IMG/VR virus record: IMGVR_UViG_3300031707_002715
Location: 32,001-96,000 of that record
Length of the DNA: 64,000 nucleotides
Reading direction: 5' to 3' (one strand)
From: a virus
Under the pieces are notes generated by a model that was not told the origin of the DNA, ran no database searches, and saw only the letters and a program-made list of their open reading frames with translations. Within the stretch, counting starts at the first letter, position 1. The number at the start of each line of letters is the position of its first letter. The position numbers and the translations under genes were made by a program. This document shows positions 20,301 through 31,500 of the stretch, piece by piece.

Positions 20301-23020
20301 AAAGTTTAAAAATAATAAGCGACGATCCGACGCAACACGAGATTAATTATACTATTACAGGTATTGGTAAAAATAAGCCAGTAATCGAAGTTGCATCTCG
20401 GTTAGAGTTCGATAGGACAAACGTTAGAGAAACTTCACAGAAAATGCTCGAAGTATTTAATCGCGGATCTGCGACATTACAAATAACAAACATATCTATA
20501 ATAGAGAATTTAGCATCGTATTCAATTTCATCGGCGTCATTTGCTAGCATTCCACCGGGTGCATCGACTCAATTTACGATAATATTTTCACCGCAAAGCG
20601 CGCCGAAAGATTATATTACTGGTAAACTCAAAATAGTGAATAATACTGACAATCCTAATGTTGAAGTGCTACTTAAAGGAAAAGGCAATCAACCGAAAGG
20701 TGAATGGCAAGCATTTAATTTAAGCTCGATGATGCCTGACGCGATAATTTCTACAGCAAATGCCATCGATGATGTAATCGATCCATTAAAGACGGTGTTA
20801 AATCTTATTAAGCAAGTAGTTGATTTAGTAAAAGTATTATTAATCGATACGCAAAGTGCGTTAAAAGTTATTTTGGATAAGATATTTAAAGTTATTAAGA
20901 ACTATACAGACGATCTGCTATCATTTGGTGTGTACATTTTACCCATATTTCCGAGTACGTCATATTACGATCCCGATAATAATACGAGCGATTTTGCAAA
21001 ATTTTTAGCGAGTATTGGTGGTGGATCAGATTATTTTAAAAGGAAGATTGCCGATTCATTTGATGATTTATATGATAGTCAAAGACCGCAGTTTTCTGAT
21101 TCTGCTATTTGTGGTGCATATGTGATTGCAGTTGATTCCGGAAATGTTTCTGAAGTAGTAAAGGGTATTATCGCGTTAAATAAAATATTTACTGCTGTTG
21201 ATTGGCAACCAAATGTGCAAGAACCACAATCATTAGAAGCCATATCCGGTTCTCAAGTCATATTACGATGGGAATTACCAGAATTTTTGACGTTTAATGT
21301 TGCAGGTATTTTTAATAAACAGAAGTTTATAGATCTTATTGAAGGGTTTGAAGTTTATCGGTCTGAAGAGCCGTTAAAGATGGTGACTGCTACTCAGAGA
21401 CACACTGATCCAAATAATTCTGCGACACAAATATCGAATGTCGGTGATGTTATTGATGTGACAACGTTTAGAAAGTTAGATCCAATAGGTACAGTCGCTG
21501 CCGATCAATATCATTTTAGGATTGAAAATTTTGCTACGGGTTGGAAAAATGCAGACAATAAAGATACAGCAAAAGCAATGGGTTATGAATTTAATGACGA
21601 TGATGTCCAATTGGGCAAAAATTATTATTATGTTGTCAGGACAAAGCTCGGCGACATATATAGTAAATTGTCAAATGAAGTTACAGGTTCTAGAATTGAT
21701 ATTGAAATATTGCCGGCAACAGATGCACTTAATCGATGCGTCAATTTTAGATGTATTAAAACTAAAGGAAATACAAAAATAATACGCACGTTGCAGCGAC
21801 CGATCGTTAAATTAATCAATAGAACCGGTATTATTATTCAATCAGAGTCTAGATATAATAAAAATGGTGTTATACCAGATGCAAATGAGCAGCAAGTCAA
21901 CACATTTACTTTTTTTATTAGCTCTGTGAATATTGATATCAATAATATAATTATAAGAAATCCGACAGAAGCTGAGCGAAGAATTGCAGTCGATAAGTTG
22001 ACTGTAAAGTCGACATTATTTTTTGATAATGGTGAAATAAAGATCTGGGACGATGGCACTTCTACGGGTACAAGTGGTACGAGCAATACAGATATTGAGT
22101 TAAATAGGGAAGGATATTTTAACATTTTGAATGATACAAAGTTAGTTCCCGGTTGGGATTTATTAGTGACGTATAGAAACAATAATACATATTTAACTAT
22201 AAACGACATATCAAATGCTGGGTACAAACAAGGTGATTATATAGTAATTGAATATTACGCTAGTGATTATACGGCGCAATGTACAAAACAAATGGACGTT
22301 TTTGATGCTTTTAAATGTAATAGTGGTGAAAATAAAGGTATATGTCCCAATTATTCTAATGCCAGATGTATATATCATGGTGGGACTGTTTGTTTAAATA
22401 ATGGTAATACGAAACTCGGTAATAGATGTATATCTAATAAAACATTTTTTGATGCATATAGGTGTCAAGATTCATCGATGGGTGGTGAAGTTAAAGCTAT
22501 TGACAAAATGAAAAGGAATGATCTTAATTATTGTATCGATACTACTGGAGTCTGTGCAGGATATCAATCGTTAAGCGAACAGAGTGTCGGATTATATCCA
22601 AACTGGATAGCATTGACGTCAATGATGTCGCTTATAAAGCCCGTAGACGATTTTATTTTGACATTACAAGCATGGGTTAATAGAGAGATTGATGCGATAC
22701 AAAAAGGGTCACAGACAGTCGAACAGTTCATTGATTTATTGTCAAATAAGATTGAAGAATTAGAAAAGTTTATAGATACAATACAAAAAATATTAGATAC
22801 ATTGCTTTCAATTTTTAGTAGTAATGTTGGTTTTTATATATTGTCTATAGACGCTGCGACAGGCGGGCCGCAACGTGTAAAACAGTTAATTCAATCGGCT
22901 GAAGGCGGGCCTAGTTCTGGATCGAGCGGTTATACTGCTGGTATAGTTTTGTTTATTGGAGCGCCTGATGCAAAAACTGTTCGAACAACGTATCAATTTT
23001 TAAGATTGTTTTTCAAATGA
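17372..23020 (+). CDS. Baseplate-associated protein with ~10 ASH/HYDIN (choice-of-anchor D) Ig-like domains, an FN3-like domain and a Cys-rich region
   Basis: Repeated 'LDFG.V.VG......F.(I/V).N.....L...F.P...G...G.I.I.SND......L.G.G' units, followed by helical, FN3-like ('VILRWELP...GFEVYRS...YYYVVR') and Cys-rich segments. Confidence 0.75.
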   Translation: MIQLSSSILDFGSLSKGQTSTRQVTIYNISASSVNITNIISSSSDYEIAPLAFSIDANSSKNISIKYTANDILFAIGTISVSNTAGPDEVINTTANILEPIVILITSPLNFPKLSIDDSLTLSKNIGNSASNGSQLIANVLSIDSNFVVMSPVIIVNAGSTADILIKFLPTTVGIKSGTINITTNDSIGSYSFNVNGEAVIPTYTLSSSFLSFGSVPVNDYKTMTFSVTNTSIDVNLIISSVTIGDSVFSIDVSSVTIAPLQSQIFTVTFLPLTSETISGLIALSNNTGSDINVNYSGTGLIVPAIQLLSTNIDIGIYTIFISKTFDITIQNVGVVDLVINDIVFPIISGTIFSSSISYPYIVNRGDEVVVTVTVNSSVEITYSGIISIVSNAYNSPHAINISGISQSALIVVDVASLDFGTIQVGEQKILSFVVKNTRDVDLSVLINDINAFTVSENNFIVSGHSSHTISVTFTLDTVGSVSEVLTIISNDIFSPTVAVNLLGSADVNHSFTLIPDKITNNYISKSITSITELTIINRSLLTATIDSLTVTDLLGVATYSITVNNLPVTLAPGEATIVDVSLLASTVGKVASDLKFNTHVSGIATSIVIRYEGEIFAPTINLSDDSINFGSVAVGDTSFENVIITNDNSNVDLSVELTSNNDAFHFKQSGEDDNLVVSYVNSKYVVDTTKQGLILDSVTVVDSLTGEQYALGDPANVNEFSVNTDTGVITVNSVLNNKSLNVRYDHKLSTLTLNIHANASTTISIGFSPQRTGIQFGTITVLSNDDVNPTLIISLAGDGIPNIASMIQDSALVKFIAKVGKSVSQKVKLKNTGTVKLYVTSVTCVLPFSVANSQYGIDPNETFDLEIIFQPTNDSDINQTVTVHSNAPDLIIPVNGQGAYSHILLPTSFDFGESPINIKTDKILTVSNTAIVNLDVQLQINSAYFSVTPLDFTILANSTYDVVVSFKPTEEITYSKSLKIISDDPTQHEINYTITGIGKNKPVIEVASRLEFDRTNVRETSQKMLEVFNRGSATLQITNISIIENLASYSISSASFASIPPGASTQFTIIFSPQSAPKDYITGKLKIVNNTDNPNVEVLLKGKGNQPKGEWQAFNLSSMMPDAIISTANAIDDVIDPLKTVLNLIKQVVDLVKVLLIDTQSALKVILDKIFKVIKNYTDDLLSFGVYILPIFPSTSYYDPDNNTSDFAKFLASIGGGSDYFKRKIADSFDDLYDSQRPQFSDSAICGAYVIAVDSGNVSEVVKGIIALNKIFTAVDWQPNVQEPQSLEAISGSQVILRWELPEFLTFNVAGIFNKQKFIDLIEGFEVYRSEEPLKMVTATQRHTDPNNSATQISNVGDVIDVTTFRKLDPIGTVAADQYHFRIENFATGWKNADNKDTAKAMGYEFNDDDVQLGKNYYYVVRTKLGDIYSKLSNEVTGSRIDIEILPATDALNRCVNFRCIKTKGNTKIIRTLQRPIVKLINRTGIIIQSESRYNKNGVIPDANEQQVNTFTFFISSVNIDINNIIIRNPTEAERRIAVDKLTVKSTLFFDNGEIKIWDDGTSTGTSGTSNTDIELNREGYFNILNDTKLVPGWDLLVTYRNNNTYLTINDISNAGYKQGDYIVIEYYASDYTAQCTKQMDVFDAFKCNSGENKGICPNYSNARCIYHGGTVCLNNGNTKLGNRCISNKTFFDAYRCQDSSMGGEVKAIDKMKRNDLNYCIDTTGVCAGYQSLSEQSVGLYPNWIALTSMMSLIKPVDDFILTLQAWVNREIDAIQKGSQTVEQFIDLLSNKIEELEKFIDTIQKILDTLLSIFSSNVGFYILSIDAATGGPQRVKQLIQSAEGGPSSGSSGYTAGIVLFIGAPDAKTVRTTYQFLRLFFK

Positions 23021-23049
23021 TAATCACGTATATTTGTTGGAGGTTTTAA

Positions 23050-23514
23050 ATGGCTTTTGATTTTTTAGGTACTTTTTCAAAGCAAGAATTAGATAATTTA
23101 AGGACATTTTTACAGGGCGAATTAGATAAAGTTGATGCTCAAGTTAATCACATGATTTTAGAGTCGAATAAGTTGCAGAAAACGTTAATAGAAGTAATAA
23201 ATCAGTCAAATCTAATAAATTCAAAATCGAAATCATTTGAGAATACTTTTCATAGACAGATTCAATCTCAGGTTGATGATTCAGATGCAGCATTATTAGT
23301 GCAAAGAGTTAAACAACCATTTTATCAAAATATAAAAGAAAAAGATTATTACGAGCACAAAATGCGAAAATTGATAGATAAGATCGAGCAATTGCAAGAG
23401 CGAGTCCATCAATTGAGGATATCTAAAGGTGAATTTAGGACTGATATCGAGACTATAAATTCATTATTTGATTCTAAACACGACTTTTTAACAGTTGAAA
23501 AAGAGGTTGTTTAA
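23050..23514 (+). CDS. Hypothetical coiled-coil tail-module protein
   Basis: RBS GGAGG; 154 aa helical. Confidence 0.6.
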   Translation: MAFDFLGTFSKQELDNLRTFLQGELDKVDAQVNHMILESNKLQKTLIEVINQSNLINSKSKSFENTFHRQIQSQVDDSDAALLVQRVKQPFYQNIKEKDYYEHKMRKLIDKIEQLQERVHQLRISKGEFRTDIETINSLFDSKHDFLTVEKEVV

Positions 23515-25007
23515 TGTCGTATGACACAAAACTTTTAAGGTATTGTGATCATCGAGTGATTGAAGAAGATCATACAGTTGATGTAGATTTTTTAACTGTG
23601 TACTTGAATTCTTTTGTTGCTAACAATAACAATGTAACTGTTAGAGTTAATAGTGTTGTATGGGACAGAAATAATAAGTCAGAAGTATTATTTGAAGAAG
23701 ATGTTACGAGTCAAGTCACAGGTGTAAATTCAAACTTTTCAGTTTCGAGAACGCCGATTTATAATGGTGCGAATAAAAAACAAATAGCGACAAAATTGAC
23801 AGACGTTGTGGTGCAAGTGACAGTTTATAATGAGGATGCGTCGGCTCAATTTACAGGCGGTACAGATAAATTATTAGTAACACAACATCGACCATTAATG
23901 TCAAATTATGATATTTATGCAGTACAATTGACAGAAAATGATGTTACAGTCACAGTTAATTCTATTGAAGCGGAGATAGATTCGATCGAACCAGTTCATG
24001 GTAAGATCATGTTAAAAGACGCACCGCCTGTTAGTGCAACTGTGATAGTGACGTATAATTATCGGGCCCATGTTCAAGCATTTAATGCAGATACGGGTGT
24101 AATTACTATTAAAGAAAAACCTGTGATCGGTCAAGACGTTATCATTTCTTATTATTACTTGACAAATGATGGTTGGAAAATTAATAACGATGTACAACTA
24201 AAAAGCAGTACGATTATATTTGATAGACCAAAACAGACAAATAATTTTTTAGTGCAAGATGAAGATGATTCAGATCAATTTACGGGACTTGAAGATCGTT
24301 TTTATACTAAAAATAAACCGATCATTCCGCCGAGAGCTAAGTTAAATACTGATCCGTCATCGACGATGATAACACAAATTATTGTTAAGATTAATGGTCA
24401 ACGAATAATGCCGGTTAATTTTAATGCCGATACTGGATTAATTGTTTTAGGATTGATACCTACAACGACAGATGTAGTAACTGTGACATATAATTATCGT
24501 AGTAGTAATCCTGCAGATATAATTTCAGTTGATTATCAGGTGGATATAAATGGTTGTAAGAAATGTAAACGTACGGGTCAAGTTAACGATTTTGATTATG
24601 ATAAATTGGGTGAACTCATAACAGTTATTGATGAACAGAAATTGATGCAAGACGTGCTCAAATTTACAATAGCTGTTAAAGGTTCGAATGCAGCTAATCC
24701 ATGGTGGGGAACATCGTTAGTTTCTTTTATTGGAACTGCCCATACGTCAGAATATTATGATCCTAAATTTAAAAGCGAGATAATTGATGGTGGAGAAAAA
24801 TTAAAAGACTTACAAATGCAACAGTCACAGTATCAAGAAGTCACAGATAATGAGTTTTTTAGTTATTTTGGTAACATAACAGTCGAACAAAGCGATTATG
24901 ATTTTAACTTTTACGAAATAACTGCGACGATAGTTTCGCAGGCGGCAACTGCGATCTCAATGACGACGTCGTTGTATTTTAATAAGCCGTTGACGTCAGT
25001 ATCATAA
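23514..25007 (+). CDS. Baseplate wedge gp25-like protein with inserted repeat domains
   Basis: C-terminal 'EQKLMQDVLKFTIAVKGSNAANPWWGTSLVSFIG' is gp25-like; N-terminal CDH and later CKKC. Confidence 0.7.
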   Translation: MSYDTKLLRYCDHRVIEEDHTVDVDFLTVYLNSFVANNNNVTVRVNSVVWDRNNKSEVLFEEDVTSQVTGVNSNFSVSRTPIYNGANKKQIATKLTDVVVQVTVYNEDASAQFTGGTDKLLVTQHRPLMSNYDIYAVQLTENDVTVTVNSIEAEIDSIEPVHGKIMLKDAPPVSATVIVTYNYRAHVQAFNADTGVITIKEKPVIGQDVIISYYYLTNDGWKINNDVQLKSSTIIFDRPKQTNNFLVQDEDDSDQFTGLEDRFYTKNKPIIPPRAKLNTDPSSTMITQIIVKINGQRIMPVNFNADTGLIVLGLIPTTTDVVTVTYNYRSSNPADIISVDYQVDINGCKKCKRTGQVNDFDYDKLGELITVIDEQKLMQDVLKFTIAVKGSNAANPWWGTSLVSFIGTAHTSEYYDPKFKSEIIDGGEKLKDLQMQQSQYQEVTDNEFFSYFGNITVEQSDYDFNFYEITATIVSQAATAISMTTSLYFNKPLTSVS

Positions 25008-25021
25008 TAAGGAGTTTATAA

Positions 25022-28000
25022 ATGGCAAGACCTTCACAACCGACTGGATTAACGACAGAGGCTTCTAGTAATTCTATTATAATAAATTGGACAGCGAATC
25101 CAGAGCCAGATGTTAAAGGTTATAACATATATAATTCTACTACGTCAGGTGGTGGAATTAGCGGTTATGTTAAATTGAATAATGAACTTATTACAACGTA
25201 TAGTAGGATAGACGACGTAGTGACAAATAGCACGACGACAGTCCAGACAATTGGCGGTCAGCGTACAACTACGACCATTGAGACGATAACACAGATTGTT
25301 ATATTCGCTTTTACACATTCAGATTTACTTGATACAAAGCCTCAATATTATGTATTAACAGCTGTCAATAATTCAGATGAAGAAAGCTTATATTCTATTG
25401 AAATTTATGACGTACCATTAATTTTATCGACGGTGCTCGTCGAATTTCCAGTAAGAAGCACGAGCGACGTTACAAAGTCAATGATCGCGAATGTATTGAC
25501 TCGTTATCCAAATATTGATATTAAACCAGGCACGATGACTCGTGATATTCATATTGATCCTCATGCATCAGAATTTGGATTTCTTTATACATATATTGAT
25601 TTTTTGGTGCGATCAGAATCATTTATTACATTATTAGAAATTGATGATCCGACAAATACGGGCACGTCAATTGCTGTGTCGCAGTCAACATACAAACAAC
25701 AATTGAAAGCTGCGATGCAATTGACGAACGACAGTGATGTGCAATCTATAATTGATTTTGCGTTTGACAAACTGGCAAATAATTTTAATACGTTTAGGAA
25801 AGCAGCGACTGCGTCGATCGGTGAAGTTGTATTTTATACGCAGATAGAACCGACAGCGACCATAACTGTTCCACAAGGTACAGTTATATCTACAACATCG
25901 ACGTCTGCTAAGCCGGCTATTAATTTTCAAACTCTAGCCGAGGCGAAGATGTTGATCGGTTCAATCGATCAATACTTTAATGAAGTTACACAACGATATG
26001 AGTTAACTGTTTCTATTCAAGCAATTACGACGGGCGAAGTGACGAACGTCGGCTCTAATACTATTAACAATTCTACGTTTACACAATTGCAAGTGACAAA
26101 TATAAAGCCGACTGAAGGAGGAAATGATATTGAAAGTAATAGGAGTCTTGCTAGTCGAGCGATGTTAGCATTTACTGGTCTTGATGTTGGAACAAGAGAC
26201 GGATATTTAAGAACTGCGATTGAAACGCAGTACGTTTATGATGTTTTAGTGGTTGATGCAGGAAATACATTGATGCAAAGAGACTACGATGCAGTTAGAA
26301 GTCAACATGCATACGGTAAAGTTGATATATACTTTAAAGGCAGTGTCTTAATTAGCTTTGTAGAGACGTTTGGATTTTTATTCAAAGGCGCTTATAGAGA
26401 AGACGTCAACATTGATACTACAACACTGAGTGCAGCAAGCGCTACGAATATGAGAATATTTGTAATAAATTCTGAAGTTTCGACATCGTACCCAGTATAT
26501 TTAATTCAAGAGATAATAAATGTCACAAAATCAGATTCTTTTGATTTAACAGGAAATTTCACATTATACAAAAATGCAGTAATAATGCCAAAGACACAAT
26601 ATTTATTGGATTTGTCGTCGGGATTGATTACATTTTACACACAAATATTTCTCGGCGATAGCGTTACTGCAGATTATGAGTATAAAGTGCCGATCGTAAA
26701 TGAAGTCGTTATTGCATCTGCGACAGGCGGTGAAATAAGTGCTTATCTTGATGCAAATGCTTTAGCGAGAAATGTCGCAATATTCACTGATAAAATTTAT
26801 CTTAATAGGATCAGCGCGTTTTCAATCGATCCGTCGACAGACCAATTAACAATATTACTCGGGCACGTATATCACACTGGTGATATTGCAAGAGTCGCAA
26901 GCACTGGTACTTTACCAAGTCCTTTAATTGCGAACACAGATTATTACGTTATTAAAATATCAAATACTAGATTAAAATTAGCGACGACGTTAAGCAATGC
27001 AACAAATGGTATAGCGATCGACATAATCACTTCTGGTGTCGGTGCGCTTTCGATACAACCGTCAACGAAGATAACATTAATCAGAGATGTAGATTATGCT
27101 ATTTATTATAAAACTGTCGGTGTTCATCAGGTAGGATTGATTATGTTTTCTTTTATATCATTTCCTACGGGACTTACTTCAAGTGATGTAATTACAGCTG
27201 ATTATTCATACGTCGAACCAATTGTAGGCGAAGTCGTTATTGCTAGTGCAGTAGGAAACGAAACTACGGCTAATTTAGCGCACGGTAATGTAGTTGAAGC
27301 ATTTGTTATAGAATCTAATGGCATATCTATCGACATTAATAATACTAATGCGATAAATTATTTAATTAACATCGCATTAACAGATATCATTCGAGTGACT
27401 TATAAATATAAGAAAGCTGACAGCGCTATTTTTAGTAATCAACCGGTCGATTCAATTAATTCTGTTACTACTAGCACGGGCGATCCTTTACAAGAAGGCA
27501 CGCAATATTTATTTAACAAAGTTGATGATATTTTGCTCACTGGCAATTCAGTTAGAACGCAGCGTAGCATTCAATTGATATATGATAGCACGTCAGGATT
27601 GCCGGCAGGCGAACTGTTTGATTATAGTGAACATGTCAGTTTAGTAGGTACTGAATATAAAACATTGAGTAAAAAGGGAATAGACGTTCATACTATAGTT
27701 GTTAAAAATATAGCAGGCACTATTACATACAATATAAATAACGATTACGTGTTGGATTTGCCGGAAACACCATTTTATTACATGCAAATTGCTAGATCAA
27801 CGACGTCGACAATTGGTGATGGTCAAACTGTGGTCATCAGTTATAAATACGGAGAATCGATAACTGTTTCTTACAATGTCAATTCATTAATAAAAACGAT
27901 ACAAGATAAAGTCGATGTAAGAAGACACATCACGGCCGATGTTCTAGTTAAAAGTGCGAATAGGATTGATGTTGACATTGAATTTACAGTTAAATTAAGA

Positions 28001-28558
28001 TTGAACGCAAGTGGTCCTGTGGTAATAGACGCATTAACTAATGATTTAAATTCACTATTTGATCAAAAGAAAATGGGTGAACGTATAAATCAGAGTGACA
28101 TTATTGCAATAGCAGACGACAATAATGGTGTCGATTACGTGATGCTACCATTAACTAGGATGGCGATATCAGACGGAACGCACATCGCTAACGAAATAAT
28201 ACCTAGAAATACAGTGTGGTCAGTTTATCAAGTCGGTGTTGTTACATCATATAAAACGCCAAGCCATGTGTTAAAATATAATACTGCTGGTAGCGCAAGC
28301 GATAGTTCAAAATTTTGGCGAATTAGTGCTAATGACGTAGCATTACAACTAGTGAGCTCTCCAAATGATGTCGCAGCAGGTGCGAGTAGAGGATATATCA
28401 GCAATGACGGAACGATTTACATTTCGACTGTTACAGATCCTACGGCATATACAATAACTGTAGCATATAATGTTTCTGATGAAACTGGGTCAAAAGACAT
28501 AATAACGACAGATTTAGATTATTTGAATTTAAAATCACTAGTAATTAACACTATCTAA
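25022..28558 (+). CDS. Baseplate J-like wedge protein with N-terminal FN3 domain
   Basis: 'PSQPTGL...INWTANPEPDVKGYNIY' (FN3); 'RKAATASIGEVVF', 'VPQGTVIST', 'PTEGGNDIESNRSLASR' and 'GKVDIY' (baseplate J). Confidence 0.85.
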   Translation: MARPSQPTGLTTEASSNSIIINWTANPEPDVKGYNIYNSTTSGGGISGYVKLNNELITTYSRIDDVVTNSTTTVQTIGGQRTTTTIETITQIVIFAFTHSDLLDTKPQYYVLTAVNNSDEESLYSIEIYDVPLILSTVLVEFPVRSTSDVTKSMIANVLTRYPNIDIKPGTMTRDIHIDPHASEFGFLYTYIDFLVRSESFITLLEIDDPTNTGTSIAVSQSTYKQQLKAAMQLTNDSDVQSIIDFAFDKLANNFNTFRKAATASIGEVVFYTQIEPTATITVPQGTVISTTSTSAKPAINFQTLAEAKMLIGSIDQYFNEVTQRYELTVSIQAITTGEVTNVGSNTINNSTFTQLQVTNIKPTEGGNDIESNRSLASRAMLAFTGLDVGTRDGYLRTAIETQYVYDVLVVDAGNTLMQRDYDAVRSQHAYGKVDIYFKGSVLISFVETFGFLFKGAYREDVNIDTTTLSAASATNMRIFVINSEVSTSYPVYLIQEIINVTKSDSFDLTGNFTLYKNAVIMPKTQYLLDLSSGLITFYTQIFLGDSVTADYEYKVPIVNEVVIASATGGEISAYLDANALARNVAIFTDKIYLNRISAFSIDPSTDQLTILLGHVYHTGDIARVASTGTLPSPLIANTDYYVIKISNTRLKLATTLSNATNGIAIDIITSGVGALSIQPSTKITLIRDVDYAIYYKTVGVHQVGLIMFSFISFPTGLTSSDVITADYSYVEPIVGEVVIASAVGNETTANLAHGNVVEAFVIESNGISIDINNTNAINYLINIALTDIIRVTYKYKKADSAIFSNQPVDSINSVTTSTGDPLQEGTQYLFNKVDDILLTGNSVRTQRSIQLIYDSTSGLPAGELFDYSEHVSLVGTEYKTLSKKGIDVHTIVVKNIAGTITYNINNDYVLDLPETPFYYMQIARSTTSTIGDGQTVVISYKYGESITVSYNVNSLIKTIQDKVDVRRHITADVLVKSANRIDVDIEFTVKLRLNASGPVVIDALTNDLNSLFDQKKMGERINQSDIIAIADDNNGVDYVMLPLTRMAISDGTHIANEIIPRNTVWSVYQVGVVTSYKTPSHVLKYNTAGSASDSSKFWRISANDVALQLVSSPNDVAAGASRGYISNDGTIYISTVTDPTAYTITVAYNVSDETGSKDIITTDLDYLNLKSLVINTI

Positions 28559-28571
28559 TGTGAGGTAAATC

Positions 28572-31500
28572 TTGGCAATTCCTGTCACTAATAGTAATAT
28601 ATCTACTAGCTGGTGCACTAGTTTCTTTGCTGTTATTTTTGAGACTAATGAACCGTCACTTACTTATTATACTTTAGATGGTTCTATTCCGACGACATCA
28701 TCATCTTTATATACTAGTCCATTTATTATTGAAACTGAAGGAATCACTACTGTCAAATATTTTTCTATTAGCGATTCAACTCATGAGGCAAATATAGTTC
28801 AGACTGAGCAAGTTAAGATTGACGGTATTACTCCTATATCTACTATACATGTCAATATCAATCCTGACGGACAAAATAGCTGGTATATTACATTACCGGT
28901 AATTACTATAACTGCTAATGATGCAGTCTCTGGAGTCGATAAAATATATTATTCGTGGGACGGTGCTACATTTGTAGTATATACAGGAGGATCGTTTACT
29001 ATCCCTGGTGAAGGCATTCACTATTTACAAGTTTATTCCATAGATTTTGCGAGCAACAAAGAAGAAGTACAGACTAGAACATTTAAATACGACAACGTAG
29101 TGCCGTCGACTGCTATTACGATTCCGCTCGAAGTGTCTCATAATCCTGTCACTATCACTTTTACAGTGACAGATTCTGCTTCTGGTCAACAAAATACTTA
29201 CTATACTACTGACGGTTCGACGCCGACAACTGATTTAACACCGGCAACATCCTTTGAAATAAAGACATCGGGTTTATATGTTGTAAAATTCTTTTCAGTG
29301 GATAATGCCGGAAATATCGAATCTGTCAAACAGTCTGCACCGTTTAGACTTGAAATAGAACCGGCAGCTTTACAAGTTTTAATAACTGAAAGTTTTCCGA
29401 TTAATGGTGATAATTGCTGGTATAAATCATCACCACAAATCAGTTTGCTCACGACAAAACCTAATTTAGTTACGAGCCTCACATACAAAATTGCTCCGAG
29501 AGCAAAACCGACGACTGCTACTTATACAAGTACTGTTCATATAACTGGCACAATCAATTTGTCACAGGGTTCGTTTATTGCTTTAGAAATCGATCAGTCT
29601 AATAATCCACTAGTTATAAATATTCGCGGAGTTGATGCGACTCAGACTTCTATTCAAGACATAATTGATCAGATTAATAATACTGTTGGTGGTGATGTAC
29701 CAATAGCTAAACAGACTGATGTTAATGGATTGACTGGCACTGGATACATCACAGTGACATCACCGACTGGTGGATCGGGATCGCCGACGTCTGAGATTAA
29801 ATTTGTGAGTCCCGGGACATTTGATGCAACCGAAGTCGTGTTCGGCCTCAATATAGACACTTATCCGCACACGTTTACAGAGACATATCTTTATATAAAT
29901 TACACGAACCATTTTGTATTACCGAGCGATGGTTCGTGGTTAGTTTCAGCGATTGCAGTAACAGATACAGAGACTGCAACAGTAGAAAAAAATTATAATT
30001 TAGATTCTACAGCACCGATAACTGTGATTACAGTTGTTCCAGATCACGGTAGCGGTTTTTACACCACCACACCAGACATTACTTTTTCTGCCACAGATAA
30101 TGCTTCAGGTATTCATCATATTATCTATCAATTTGATGAAAATCCTACATTCGAATATCATCTTGAAGACGGGCCAATACATTTACCAAATACATCAAAA
30201 ATAATTCGATTAACGTATTTTTCGGTCGATGTCGCTGGAAATGTCGAAACGCCCAAAGAAAGACTATTCAATTTCGACAACATAAAACCTGTAACTAGCA
30301 CTGATGCGACTGCTATTAACGAATATAATGATCTTAATATCATATTATCGTGGGCTCACGTAATAGAATTCAACCCGATATCTGAAGAATATGAATTTAC
30401 ATTATTAACACCATCATTGCGACAAAATCTAACGACTTATACTGACTGGTCGACGATGATGTTATACTTGACATCATTAAACGTTGATTCTACGTCAAAG
30501 GTTTTCACAGTCGACTTACTAAATAATTATTTGGTGACATCTGTCACTCACAATTTAAGCACGGGCAATGTTCTTGAAGTCAGAAGCACGGTGCAATTAC
30601 CAAATCCATTATTAGCAAACAGGTATTATTATATAATAGCAATATCAGCGACTCAGATAAAAGTTGCAGACACTTATGATAATGCGTTACTCGGCACTGC
30701 CATAACTTTAACTAATACGGGCATCGGCGTCTTAACATTAAATAGAGCAAAACCAGAGATAGTAGTATCTGATCCGTTACGTATATTTTTGAAACCAGTG
30801 GACGATAGACAATACACTGTCGTAAATGAAAGAATATTGACGCAAGACGATGCAATTAACGAATTAACGACTGCAAATAATTTCTTAATAAGCGTTTCGA
30901 GAGTTTATAATAGTACTACTAGCACAACATTAACTGTCAAGTACACTTCTAATAATAAGATCTATACTAACGAAGTTTTTGCTGCGACTGATGTAATATA
31001 TGTTGATTACATTTATACTGGTATCAGCCATGTTTATTATGGAATAAATATTGAACCGTCGATATTAACGCCTGAAGGTGTGATAGTCGATCTAAATGAT
31101 AATGGTGTTAGCTCAATAAAATGGTTTGCAATTGATACAGCTGGTAATATAGAAGACACTAAAGATTTGAGTGCTACGGTCGCTGTTTTGAATAGGGCGC
31201 CCGTAGTTGATGTAAATATAGTAAAAAGTACTGATTTGACTGATTTTGTACCGAACGGCGATAATGATTGGTATAAATTAAATGAGTCGATTCCTACATT
31301 ACGACCAGAAATAAAGATTAATATTAAAAGCCCAAATGTATTTTTCTTTAATTATCATCCGACATTTATAAGCGTGAGCGGCCCTGGACCATATACGGTC
31401 CAATATCAAATACCATTTATAAACACGACATATGAAGAATTATCAGATGTTACACCGTATTTAAAAACTCGTGTAGAAAATATCACTAAGAATGAAGTAT

